A stretch of 64,000 nt of DNA. Origin: Octopus sinensis. Lineage: Eukaryota. Shown here in pieces: positions 37,499 to 50,267 of this stretch. The position numbers and the translations under genes were made by a program. Numbering within the stretch: position 1 is the stretch's first letter; every line of letters begins with the position of its first letter. The DNA lies in assembly GCF_006345805.1 (NCBI RefSeq), contig NC_042999.1, positions 153,698,001-153,762,000 on the forward strand. Direction: 5' to 3'. The notes below the pieces were generated by a model. That model saw only the letters and a list, made by a program, of their open reading frames with translations. It was not told where the DNA came from and made no database searches.

Positions 37499-37710
37499 GG
37501 CGGCGAGCTGGCAGAAACGTCAGCACACCGTGCAAAATGCATAGCGGTATTTCGTCTGATTCCAGGTTCTGAGTTCAAATTCCGCCTAGGTCGACTTTGC
37601 CTTTCATCCGTCGATAAATTAAGTACCAGTTGCGTACAGGAGTCAATCTAATCGACAGGCTCACTCCCCCCCCCCCCAATTTCAAGTCTTGTGCCTAGAG
37701 TAGAAAAGAA
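37499..37710 (+). mobile_element. SINE family B
   Basis: ggcggcgagctggcagaaacg head, gagttcaaattcc B box, cttgtgcctagagtagaaaag tail. Confidence 0.85.
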
Positions 37711-37807
37711 TAAAGATTTCTGACTTAGAAACGATACTGTGGGGCTTGGGAAAGATTACAGTGGATTTAATTGAGTCTCTGCACATCCGTATTAAACGCC
37801 TCAAGTT

Positions 37808-38192
37808 TGACCGTAACCATTTGATCACGTCCTTTAGTGGCTGACGATATGTGCATCTTTGATCCCGAGCAGAAATAGTGGGGGAACATCATAGCCATGT
37901 GTTGAGAGAAATTCTCTGAAAACATGGGTGTTTCGTTCATCATCCTTAAACAGCCCTTATTCAGGAGCCTTTTGAGTGGTATGAGCTACTCGACCAGAAG
38001 AAAATTCTAACTGGGGCCCACCTTCAAGGTCATGCGTTGTTAATCTTTATATAAGATCACCATGTCGCTCACATATAGTTGTGATGCATGTGCCTTATGT
38101 ACCCTTATCAGACGGGTAGTCATGATGGGTATACTGGGCTTCATATATTTGTATCCCAGTGTCACTTTGATGGCATGCACTGCTCTCTCACT
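37808..38192 (+). mobile_element. Repeat family D, 5'-truncated, with long (AAT)n tail to ~38740
   Basis: Aligns to 18720-19131. Confidence 0.8.
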
Positions 38193-38296
38193 CAATAATA
38201 ATAATAATAATAATAACAATAATAATAACAATAATAATAATAAAATAATAATAATATAATAATAATAATAATAACAATAATAATAATAATAATAAC

Positions 38297-38331
<35 letters not shown>

Positions 38332-38333
38332 TA

Positions 38334-38369
<36 letters not shown>

Positions 38370-38522
38370 TAATAATAATAACACAACAACAACAATAATA
38401 ATACAATAATAATAATAATAATAATAATAATACAATAATAATAATAATAATAATAATAATATAATAATAATAATAATAATAATATATAATAATAATAATA
38501 TAATAATAATAATAATAATAAC

Positions 38523-38560
<38 letters not shown>

Positions 38561-38621
38561 TAACAATAATAATAATAATAATAAAATAATAATAATAATA
38601 ACAATAAAATAATAATAATAA

Positions 38622-38652
<31 letters not shown>

Positions 38653-38683
38653 AACAACAACAACAACAATAATAATAACAATA

Positions 38684-38740
<57 letters not shown>

Positions 38741-39719
38741 CCTATTAGTTTAGGAAGAAAGTTTCGTGAAAAACATATTACAGTGAAAGAGCTCCTCTTC
38801 GTTGGTTCTATTTGCTTTCACTTGGGGTAGGTTCTTCTTTTTAAAAGCTACATTGTTTTTTTAGGGGTGGAGGTTGTCAACAGTCTGCCACCTCTGCTGA
38901 CCATCCATGTCCTCTTTACTGTGGCAATAAGACGGTGTGGTCCTAATGCCTGTGACTGATGAAAGGTTCCTTTCATCGTTGACTTTTGGTCTTGAGATGA
39001 GACAAAATTTTCATCTCTCTTCAAAGCTGCACTCAGTGACGTGGCAGATGGTGCGTTTGGAGCAACAGAACTTAGTACTAATGACTTCTTTTGATCTCTC
39101 TTGACCACATGTCATTTATTGTGACCTCTTCGTCCATAAAGTTCCTTTAGTATGCTGCAGGAACAATGGATTGCTCGAAAATTGTCTGTATCCAGAAGCA
39201 ATGGCACCAAAACTGCTTTCAAGTCCACGAACATTCTCGCTCGGTAAAATGTTGGTGTATAAAAATGTATGCCTGCGTGGGTGTTAACATTTGCATGTGT
39301 ATGTGTGACTGTGTACGTGCGTGAGCGTACCAAAATTGTTGTTGTTGTTGTTACTTCTGTTCGTCTTAGAGCAGAGAATATTGAAACGAATATAATCGCT
39401 TTCTATCGAAAAATCAATTTTTTTCCTGAACGCGCAATGTTTACGCTGGTTGTATCATTAAATCTATTTATTTATATAATTGATTGTTTATTTATTTAAA
39501 TGATTGCTTATTTATTCTTGCTTGTTGTGCTGTTGAATTCGGCAAATGAATTCCTCAAGATTCTAAGGAGTCGGGTGTTGTTCCTTTCTCTTGTTAGAAG
39601 CAGCTATCTTATGTTATGGGTAAACGCAACAAATTTGTTTTAGGAGCGATGAATCTTGAATCTACAAACAATAACTTGTAAATATTACGTTAAAGATCCT
39701 TTGGGAAGAAAATATCGAA

Positions 39720-39790
39720 GGCACCCAGTTGGACTTGAACCCACATCTTTTGTAAATATGACTGGTGTTCTACCATTGGACCAAAGTAAT
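39720..39790 (-). pseudogene. Decayed tRNA-like sequence (pseudogene or SINE head)
   Basis: Reverse complement TGGTCCAATGGTAGA (A box) ... TTTACA ... GGTTCAAGTCC (B box); acceptor and anticodon stems pair poorly. Confidence 0.35.
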
Positions 39791-39824
39791 CTTTCGAATT
39801 GCTCTACTCTTTGGTTAAGAAAGT

Positions 39825-40030
39825 GATTTTAACCCAAAATTTACACGCGATAATTCATAGCATCATTTGCTTCGAGATTCACAGTTCTTGAAAATAATCA
39901 TTTCACATTCCTGAAGTTTCTAAATAAAATTGATTTTAACCCAAAATTTGCACACGATAATTCATAGCGTCATTTGCTTCGAGATTCACCGTTCCTAAAA
40001 ATAATCATTTCACATGGCTTAAGTTTATAA
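39825..40030. repeat. Tandem duplication, 2 x ~105 bp
   Basis: tgattttaacccaaaattt.cac.cgataattcatagc.tcatttgcttcgagattcac occurs twice. Confidence 0.9.
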
Positions 40031-40477
40031 ACTTTAACAACGTCAACAACATACAGAGTAATTTAAAGGTTATTTTCGTCGAACGGTAGACTGTCTATGT
40101 CTGCAGGAGATGTCTGATCCAGTCCTGCAGGTGGTGTTTTGACTTTTTCTATTAAAAAAGTTTTTTTTTTTTACATGCCAATATTTATAACAAATTTATT
40201 TAAAACTCCTGATAAATGATCAATATTATTTCTATTCCACTCAGGGCGAAATATCTAGCAACGATCCAGAAAAGTTCTCTGGAGGAAATATTTTACAACA
40301 AATGCTTTTTGCTTTTCTTGAGGTACTATTGTCCAAATAAGAAAACAATTGACGAAAATAAAGAAGAAAATAAGAGAAACATAATGCTGAGTTCAAATCC
40401 AAACTTCAGTTTTAATCCTTTCAGAAATTTCTCGCTTTGTACCTGTTACAAATTATCAAAGGTTGTGAATTGATAGA

Positions 40478-41255
40478 ATTGGCAGAATCGTTATCGCGCA
40501 GGGCGAAATGCTTAGCGATATTTCGTCTGCCGTTACGATCTGAGTTCAAATTCCGCCGAGGTCGACTTTGCCTTTCATCCTTTCGGGGTCGATAAATTAA
40601 GTATCAGTTACGCACTGGGGTCGATATAATCGACTTAATACCTATGTCTGCCCTTGTTTGTCCTCTCTGTGTTTAGCCCCTTGTGGGCAGTAAAGAAAGA
40701 GGTATTTCGTCTGCCGTTACGTTCTGAGTTCAAATTCCGCCGAGGTCTACTTTGCCTTTCATCCTTTCGGGGTCGATTAAATAAGTACCAGGTACACACT
40801 GGGATCGATGTAATCGACTTAATCCATTTGTCTGTCCTTGTTTGTCCCCTCTGTGTGTATCCCCTTGTGGGCAGTAAAGAAATAGGTATTTCGTCTGCCG
40901 TTACGTTCTGAGTTCAAATTCCGCCGAAGTCTACTTTACCTTTCATCCTTTCGGGGTCGATAAATTCAGTACCAGTTGAACATTGGGGGTCGATGTAATC
41001 GACTTAATCCGTTTGTCTGTCCTTGTTTGTCCTCTCCGTGTTTAGCCCCTTGTGGGTAGTAAAGAAATAAGCATTTCGCCTGCCGCTATGTTCTGAGTTC
41101 AAATTCCGCCGAGGTCGACATTGCCTTTCCTCTTTCGGGGTCGATAAATTAAGTACCAGTTACGCACTGGGGTCGATGTAATCGACTTAATCCCTTTGTC
41201 TGTCCTTGTTTGCCCCCTCTATGTTTAGCCCCTTGTGGGCAATAAAGAAATAAGA
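40478..41255 (+). mobile_element. Head-to-tail tetramer of SINE family B (~184-bp units) with Tx1-like tails
   Basis: Units start near 40519, 40704, 40888 and 41072; only the first has the A-box head; each ends ...cccttgtggg.a.taaagaaa. Confidence 0.9.
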
Positions 41256-41339
41256 ATCGTTAGAGCGTCAGACAAAAGGCCTTGCGGTGTTTGTTCCAAC
41301 ACTTTACTTTATGAGTTCATATCCTGCTGCTGTCAACCT

Positions 41340-41911
41340 CGCCTTTCATCTTGATTACATAGGCACAAAGCAAGAAACTCGAGGGATGGGTATGTAAATC
41401 ATATTAATCTCGGTGTTTGAGTGATACTCATTTTATCATCTCAGAAAGGACAAAAGGCAAAGCTGACCTCGTCAGGATTTGAACTCAAAGATAAAGATTT
41501 GGCACAAATAGCGCAAGGCTATTTGTTCGACACGCTAGCGCTTCTGCGTATTGGCCATACTTCATAATTTCTGCAAGAAGTACAAGGTGAGAAATTGAAA
41601 TGGGGGTTAGGAGATTAAATCAACTCCCATGACCCAGAAAGGATTAAAAGCAAAGTCCAGATTTGAACACAGAATGTTAAGGGATGTAACCAAATACTAG
41701 AAGGTATTTTATCCAATATACCTCCCATGTTGCCAGTCTACTACCTACGTTCTGGGCGTGGATATATGATTAAGAAACTTGCTTTGCAACCACGAAGTTT
41801 CAAGTTCAATTCCACTGAATGGCACTTTGGGCAAGGCCTTCTACTATAGCCAATGCCCGACCAATGCTTTGTGAGTGAATTTTAGTGGATGAAAATTATA
41901 TAGAGGCCCGC

Positions 41912-41915
<4 letters not shown>
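41340..41915. mobile_element. Cluster of decayed SINEs (two family B on -, one family A head on +)
   Basis: aaaggcaaagctgacctcgtcaggatttgaactc; aaagcaaagtccagatttgaacac; aagttcaattccactgaatggcactttgggcaag. Confidence 0.6.
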
Positions 41916-41945
<30 letters not shown>

Positions 41946-41949
<4 letters not shown>

Positions 41950-42615
41950 AATAATAAGGGTAAAAAAATTGAATATTAATTAGATTAGTATCAATTTAAA
42001 ACAGTGGCATAGCATATTGAAAAGATCTAAAGATTCAGAAAAATTATATTACATACATAAAAAAGTGAATGACCACTAAGTGGACATCCAATATGCTAGA
42101 TGTAAACCCCATATGGTTTGACCACTAAGAAAAAAGATTGTTCTCAAGAACATTCAGCAAACACCAGAACGTAAGCGAGCAAGACAAAAGAAAAGATATA
42201 AAAAATAATGATTAGTCACATACCAGGTTTCATAATTACATATGTAAATGTCCGCAATTCATCAGTGTAACCGTCATAGTAAAATATAATTTGCAGAACT
42301 ATACATGGAACGTCCACAGGAAATTGAGCATGCATATAGTTTTGCCAATTATATTTGGGGGTATATTTCAAATGTTTTCGTTTTGGCGCGCCAAAAACCG
42401 GAAATAATTCTGCAGAAAATTATTTTCTGCAGTGAATCCTGCCGGTTAGAGAACGTGGTAATTTAAATTTAAATAATAAGGGTAAAAAATTTAACATTAA
42501 TTTGATTAATAGCAATTTAAACCACTGGCCTAGCATATTGAAAAAAATCTGAAGATTCAGAAAAATTATATTCCATACATACAAGAGGGATGACCACTAA
42601 GTGAACATCCAATAT
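41946..42615 (-). mobile_element. Hammerhead-bearing element, ~522-bp monomer present as ~1.3 tandem copies
   Basis: tttaaataataagggt...gaccactaagtg.acatccaatatg occurs at ~41946-42095 and ~42468-42615; (TA)n on both flanks. Confidence 0.75.
42214..42272 (-). ncRNA. Type I hammerhead motif
   Basis: GGTTACA-CTGATGA-ATTGC...GTAAT(TAT)-GAAA-CCTGG-T-A-TGTGACT; 7-bp stem I, GUA triplet. Confidence 0.7.
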
Positions 42616-42629
42616 GTATATAAATATAT

Positions 42630-42719
<90 letters not shown>

Positions 42720-42723
<4 letters not shown>

Positions 42724-43085
42724 TTTTTGGATTTGGTTTGCAAGATTCTTTATATGATTTCGTGTGTTGAAGTATATTCTGTTGTATCTGGGGAGATTCA
42801 TTTTCTTTTTGTGCCTTATAATTTAACACACTCACCGGTAAAATTTCCACTTTTTTCTTATTTTTATTTTCCTAAAATTTTCGTTGCGTCTTGCAACCTT
42901 TTCAATAGTCTTGACTCTGTCCAAATGCAGTGTAAATAACGGACAGAGTCAAGACTATTGAAAAGTTTGCAAGACGCAGTGAAAATTTTAGGGAAATAAA
43001 AATAAGAAAAAAGTGGAAATTTTACCGGTGAGTGTGTTACATTATAAGGCACAAAAAGAAAACGACTCTCCCCAGACACAACAGT
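42720..43085. mobile_element. Near-perfect ~300-bp foldback with a U3:A8-variant hammerhead-like motif (42872-42908, -)
   Basis: Arms ~42780-42922 and ~42940-43085; CTA-TTGAAAA-G-GTTGC-AAGAC-GCAAC-GAAA-AT-TT-TAG. Confidence 0.55.
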
Positions 43086-43120
43086 ATCTTTTTTTTTAAA
43101 AAAAAAGGGATTTCTAACAA

Positions 43121-43470
43121 GGCGGCGAGCAGGTAGAAACGTTAGCACGCCGTGCAAAATGCATAGCGGTATTTCACCTGCCGTTATGTTCTGAGTTCAA
43201 ATTCCGCCGAGGTCAACTTTGCCTTTCATCCATCCGGGGTCGATAAATTAAGTACCAGTTACACACTGGGGTCGATGTAATCGACTTAATTCCTTTGTCT
43301 GCCCTTGTTTGTCCACTCTTTGTGCCTATGGTTGTCACTTGACAACTGGTATGGGTTTCTTTACGTCCCCTAACTTAACAGTTCGGCTAAAATAATCGAC
43401 AGAATTTATTCCAGACTTTACAAAAGGAAAATGCTAAATACTGGAATTGATTTATTTGGCTACAACCCAT
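43121..43470 (+). mobile_element. SINE family B joined to a family A-like 3' half
   Basis: B head and body to ~43315, then cacttgacaactgg...taacttaacagttcggc as in the family A tail. Confidence 0.65.
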
Positions 43471-43657
43471 CATGGCGGTGCCCCCACCCCCATCATGTCC
43501 GCAACCCGATGACTGGGAAAAGTAATAGATAACAGATAAAAAGTAAAGGCCACGACTGGACTGTCTTTGTTTATAAAATCGAAGAGATTAGATAACAAAA
43601 ACAACGGTTTATCTGCAGTAGAACCAAGCCTATGAGCCGCAACTATGTGAATCAATA

Positions 43658-44010
43658 TCTGATTTGGTTTCCGTTTCAAGGTTCCTCGTCACAAACGCAT
43701 TCTTAATATATTGTGTTTATATTGAAGTATTTGGAATCAAGAACAATTTCTGGCTTCTCTAAACCAAAATATAGAAATCAATGAACGATAGTGAAACATG
43801 GGAAATGAACAAATCAAAGAGTTTCATGGTCGATTAAGAACAGTACGGCATGTTACACAACATAACTGGCTAATTGTTGATGCTACAATAATCTTTCCTC
43901 TCCATTCTAATGTTCTCCCACGTATTATCTAGGAATTGGGAAATATTAATGGTAGGAGGAGGAGAAGCGAGGTTGAACCAATGAAACTTTATGGTAGGTG
44001 TATATCTATC
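43658..44010. repeat. Direct repeat of 45989-46345 (near identical)
   Basis: tctgatttggtttccgtttcaaggttcc...ggtaggtgtatatctatc at both sites. Confidence 0.92.
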
Positions 44011-44078
44011 TATCTATCTATCTATATATCTATCTATCTATATATCTATCTATCTATCTATCTATCTGTCTGTCTCTC

Positions 44079-44117
<39 letters not shown>

Positions 44118-44199
44118 CCCACTCTCTATACATATATATATATATAAGAGCAAAGTATCCTGTTAGAAGATTTCTATAAGAGATGAAAGCAGTAACTAT

Positions 44200-45805
44200 A
44201 CTAGGAAGTAATGTTTGTTACCACTTCAGCATGGCTGTTCCATAGGAACCGACGTTACTACTGCTTTTAACCCCAGGAGGAAGCTTCCAGCCGATGATTA
44301 TTCCATGCAATTTGTACCTGATATAAATTCCAAGCAGAGTAGTGAATCCCAACAGTCTTCCAGCCACGAGACCATCAGACCGTACGGTTTCAACTTCTTC
44401 GAGGTCATCCTCGGTGGTGGATACTTGTCTGCTAGAGATAGCAGTAGTTCACTCCAGCTTGCAGTGCTGTGTAGAAATCAAGTCACTGATATTGCAACAA
44501 GCAAATTAGCTTGTTAGAAAATCAGGATCTATTCCATCTAAATCACAGATTTATTAACTAATTTTTTTTAACTAAACAATTTAAATTTCTCACGTAAAAC
44601 ACGGTTTATTCTGAACGTTTCTGATAAAATTTCGTATTTTGGAAGTTATTTCGTGTTAACGTTGTCGTATTTGGGTAATTTCAACCAATCAACGTGTATT
44701 CGGTTGAAGAAAGCTACTGCTGTTTTCGATAGTAATCGAAGAGGAACAGCTTCCAGGTCATCTCTACTAAATGTAACCACTCTGTTCTATTCATATGGCA
44801 AGCAAACCACCTTTATCCTTTCCTCCTTTCTAGTCAGCTCTGTGCATTCCTTACTCTTTCCCTCCCTTCTACACTATCAACTAGCAATCAGCAAGCAAAC
44901 TTATCACTGCCACTGCAATTACTGTATTTTCTGGTGTATAAGCCGCAATTTGTTTTGTTTTACCTTCATGTTTTGATAATGTTATTTTTTATCTAATAAT
45001 GACTTTTATATTGACGAAATGTGTTTGTTGTTGATTATAGTAAGTTAAAATCATGACAATAACAATACATCTCATAGTTGTAAAATAAGGCATTTTGAAA
45101 CTACATATACGTCAACAACAAAAAATCTAGCTGTGGACTCGTTGCTCTGTGGTGTTGATTTTTCGAACAGAGTGGTGACATTTAGTAGAGGTGACCCGGA
45201 AGTTGTTTCTCTTCGATTACTACCGCGAACAGCAGTAGCTTTCTTCAACCGAATACAAGTCGTTAATTGGTTGAAATTACCCAAATACGGCAACTTTAAC
45301 ACGAAATAACTTCTAAAATACGAAATTTTGTCAAAAACGTTCAGAGTAAACCGTGTTCTCCGTGAGAAATTCTACCAGTATTCGAAGTTTCAAACTGTTT
45401 ATTTAAAAAATATCAATAAAAAAAATCCGTGATTGAGATGGAATAGACCCGAAAATCTCTAAAAGAAATGAAAGCAGTAGCTATACTCAGAAGTAATGCT
45501 TATATATTGGATTTGTAGCAAGATCGATGACTGTGTCACCTGATTTCAGTTTATTGCGAGCAAGGGGTGAACTATTGCTATTCATAGCAAACGAGTATCT
45601 ACCACCGAGGATGACCACAAAGAGGTCGAAATCGCACGGTCTGGTGATCTCGTGGCTGAAAAATGCAAGGGGTTCACTCCACTGCTCGTCATATATATCG
45701 GGTGCAAATTGCATCGAATGATCAGCGACTGGAAGCGTCCTCCTGGGGGTTAAAAACAGCAGTAACGCTGTTTTCTACGGAACAGCCATGTTTAAGTGGC
45801 AACGA
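44200..45805. repeat. Diverged inverted duplication (arms ~44200-44790 and ~45165-45805)
   Basis: gtattcggttgaagaaagctactgctg, gtcatcctcggtggt and catggctgttcc occur on opposite strands. Confidence 0.85.
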
Positions 45806-45988
45806 GTATTACTTGAATTGAACCCGGTACTTATTTTTAGGAGTCTAATACTTATTCGATCGGTCACTTTTGCCAACCGCAGTAGTGTGGGAACAAACTC
45901 TGACACAGAGACACAACACAAACACATCGAGTGTATGTATATATATATACATATATATATATATATACATACACTCGATGTGTCTGTG

Positions 45989-46471
<483 letters not shown>

Positions 46472-46718
46472 GCTACCATTGGTTCAGGTTAAGAAGAGTA
46501 GGGAAATATCCAAGTATTTTAACAATTTTTCAAGCCGATCACATGGAGAAAGGTGTTCGCCTCCATTTTGGAAAACAACATCGTTTCGTTCATGGGATTC
46601 CTCGTAAATTTGCGTAAATGAAACAATGAAACAAGGAATCAAAGGACGCTGCCCATCGTATGTGTGTGTGTGTATGTATATATGTGTAAATATATATGTA
46701 AATATATATGCATTTATA

Positions 46719-46754
<36 letters not shown>

Positions 46755-47551
46755 CGGCGGGCTTCTTTCAGTTTCCATCTACTAAAATCCACTTACAAAG
46801 CTTTTGTCGACTCCTACCTATAGTAGAAGACACTTACCCGAGGTGTCACGGGTTAAATGTGTCTGTGTAAGTGTTTGTGTGTGTCTCTGTGTGTGTATGT
46901 GTGTTTATTGTAAAGTATGACTGGAGAATTCAACCTATCAACCAACCAACATTTATATCAACCGTTATTATATAGAGTAAGCTTGTTTTGTTATATTCCT
47001 CGCCTGCCATTCAATCCATGATTTCGAAGACAACATTTATTCCATTGGGAGTGAGAATGAATGCAGAAGAGAACTGGTAAATGAATCAATAAGAAGGAAA
47101 GGACTGAAGGAAAAAAAGAAAGAAAAGAAAAAAATATGATGAATTGAAAAATAACAAAAATATAATTTTTTTGAAACTATTGCAATTTATAGAAATAATG
47201 AGTAAAGCGGGAATGAATGGCAGAATGATGAATGAGTGAATAGATGAGTGAATGAATGAATGATATTGAAAGAATGAAAGGATAAAAGAATGAAAATTTG
47301 ATTGAGTGAATGACTCGAAAAATTGTGGAGTTTGTGAAACAAAAATATGGAGAAAGATGTGGGAAGAGAGAAAGAAAGAAAAGGAAAGGAAAGAGAATGA
47401 AAGAGGAAGACGGATACGTGTGTGTGTGCGGGTGTTGTATGTATCTATATATGAGTATACATGCATATTTGTATATGTGTGTGTATGTGTGTGTGTGTGT
47501 GAGAGAGAGAGAGAGTGTGTACCTGTGCACGAGCGTGTGTGTATGCATTTT

Positions 47552-47584
<33 letters not shown>

Positions 47585-47633
47585 CATACATACACACATA
47601 CAGCCAGTTAGACAGACATACAGACAGACAGGC

Positions 47634-47697
<64 letters not shown>

Positions 47698-47891
47698 GGA
47701 TGGATGGATAGATAATGTATGTACATAAAAAATATACATACATGCACACACACATAAATATGTGTATCTCTTTGTGTGCATCGATATCTATACCGACCTC
47801 TCTGTCTACTTATGAAAATATCAATTTATCCATCAACATTGTGTGGTATTTATATGTATTGACACACACATATATATATATATATATATAC

Positions 47892-47936
<45 letters not shown>

Positions 47937-48659
47937 TTTACATATACATATATGTATATACATACAAACATACACATACATACATACATACATACATACA
48001 TACATACATACATACATACATACATACATACATACATACATACATACATACACCACACATTCATACATGCATGCGTACATACATTTATGTATGAACGTTT
48101 ATCCACACACACATACAAGAAGACAAGGAGAGAGTGCAAAAGAAAGAAAGAAAGAAAGAAAGAAAGAAAAGAAGCAAGCTGACTGGGTTGAAGTATTTTG
48201 ACAGAAAGTCTCCAACGAAAATAGGAAAAGGAGATGAAAATCATTGTAGGAGGATAAAGAAAATACAAGGAAAAGATAAGACGATGGAAAAGAGAATGAC
48301 TTGTTGTTCGTACAAAGACTTAGCATCGATAGAGATGAAAGAATATCAGGGAAAAATCGATCAAAGCTGATATTTATTTGTGATAGGAAAAATCAGAATT
48401 ATAATTCTTCCCAGTAAGACAATATTCTCTAAACTGGTGGAGAATTATGCAAAAGCGGCATTAATTCAGATTGATTTGGCTACAAGCAATATGGCGACAA
48501 TGAATACTGTCAAGTCTTCAGGCTATATAGTATATAATGTTTTGAAGAATTTATATTATAAGTGGGCGCGAACGCGTGCTTAGACAGCGCCCACACTCTC
48601 TATCTCCTTTTTCTCTTTCTTGTGTGTGTATGTGTGTGTGTGTATTAATCGAAGTGTAG

Positions 48660-49745
48660 TACAGTATTATATATACATTATGGCTGATCTTGCCAATCGG
48701 TTTCGTACTAGGGGTTTAACGGAGTGTTAAGTAACAGTCCGCTTAAGTAACCTTGCACTCATCAGAGGCATCCGTTATTGAATCAAGTATGTCGACTGCT
48801 CTCTATTGTTGGGAGTGCATACACTCATCTGGCTTGAGGTTACTGTGAAAGAGATGGTGAAATGAATTGAGTTGAGATCGAATTAAGCGTTATGTCTCTT
48901 GGTACCAAAACATCGTTTCAAGGGGTTGTTTTGTTGTAAGGTCTTTCTGGAAATAGTTTGTGAGAGATGTGTGCCTTTAAGGTTGGCGTTCTTTTGGAAA
49001 TAGAATGCATGTAGTAGTACTCTATGAATAGGCTTTGCAGTTGCGGGGATACACATCTGTGTTCGTTAGTGTTTCCTTTCTTTTGTGTAATGGATAAATT
49101 CGTTGGGCATTTATGTGTGCAGGAGTACAATATGTGTGGTAGCTTATATTAGATGGGGGAGTCTATTGGGTAGGTGTTCGCCGTGCTGGGGCGAGTGTGT
49201 TTGTTTGTTTGTTGGCGCGTTAGTGTATGTTTTGGTCAAACTCTTTGCCGGACTCCTTGGTATTGGCGGAGGACAGAATTTGTGGGACTTGTGATTATAG
49301 CAGTGATGGAGCACACAGGTATGATAAAATGTACTTCTTTTCATGTTGGTAAGGATTGAAAATTTCACTGCTAGGGTGCTGAGTGCTCTTTTGTATCGCT
49401 CTTTTCTCAGCCAGACATAATCTGCACTTCCTGGTGCTATTGAAGTAAGCTTTACAGTTCTCTAGAAACTTCCATTTTATGCTGTACTCGGTAGCGATTT
49501 CTTTCAATGACCACACGTGTTTGACCTGGGTTGTGGCGTTGTATCTCTCCAGGGTGTTGAAGGAGGACTTGTAGTTCTTATACCGGGTTCTGGAGGGGGT
49601 GCCTTCAGTTGCTCCCGCGTACTTTCGCACGTTCGGTTGCCCATATGGTCATATTGCTTTTACCTCTGTCTCGTATACGACAGTCTCCGTGTTACAGTGA
49701 CCATTCAGTGGACATGAGCAACCTGCCTCTGTTTCAGGTGTGGGT
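48660..49745 (-). mobile_element. PLE 3' remnant: GIY-YIG endonuclease pseudogene (~49330-49745) followed by a decayed hammerhead (48685-48773)
   Basis: GCSCPLNGHCNTETVVYE...KYAGATEGTPSRTRYKNYKSSF...HVWSLKE...YSIKWKFLENCKAY...KCRLCLAEK; downstream CTGATGA-GTGC...GTAC-GAAA-CCGATTGG-CA. Confidence 0.85.
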
Positions 49746-49974
49746 TTACCTTCTAGAATTTTTTTTACATTGGGTACACAACTAAAGAAAATTCTCTAGT
49801 GTGTCTATTAAATATTTTGATGAACCTATTTGCACGGGGGCGGGGAAGTAATTGTCTACTGAACTATGGAAAATCTTACCTCCTTGGGTCTTAACGCTTA
49901 AAGAGAAAGCACTTTCCAGTGGCGCTTTCTCCCTATATACGTACATAAATATATATGTGTGTATGTATGTAATG

Positions 49975-50029
<55 letters not shown>

Positions 50030-50031
<2 letters not shown>

Positions 50032-50214
50032 CCATGATAGATCGGTAGCCACTACACACATTTTTTTCTCTCCTTGTTTCTTTCTGTGTTCCTTTCTGTA
50101 GAAGAGCGTAGGCTCGAAACGTTAAAGACTTTTCAATTCCGAGCGTTATACTAATACATCTGCTCATTGTCTACACCACCTGTCTTCGTCTTTTGTTTTC
50201 TTCGTGAATTCTCC

Positions 50215-50215
<1 letters not shown>
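50030..50215 (+). mobile_element. ~190-nt repeat in (TA)n with a minimal hammerhead-like motif at 50092-50127
   Basis: CTTT-CTGTAGA-A-GAGC-GTAG-GCTC-GAAA-CG-TT-AAAG. Confidence 0.65.

Positions 50216-50267
<52 letters not shown>

Noticed and set aside
38040-38681. Poly-L/I/Y ORFs, and similar IYLS-, HT-, CV- and YI-repeat ORFs across the window
   Set aside because: Microsatellite reading frames.
40519-41255. Regularly spaced repeats resembling a CRISPR array (also 24459-25160)
   Set aside because: Whole units are homologous with no unique spacers, there are no cas genes, and the context is eukaryotic.
44215-44517. 100-aa ORF conserved in the inverted arm as a real gene
   Set aside because: The partner copy is frameshifted and the differences do not look synonymous-biased; no known homology.
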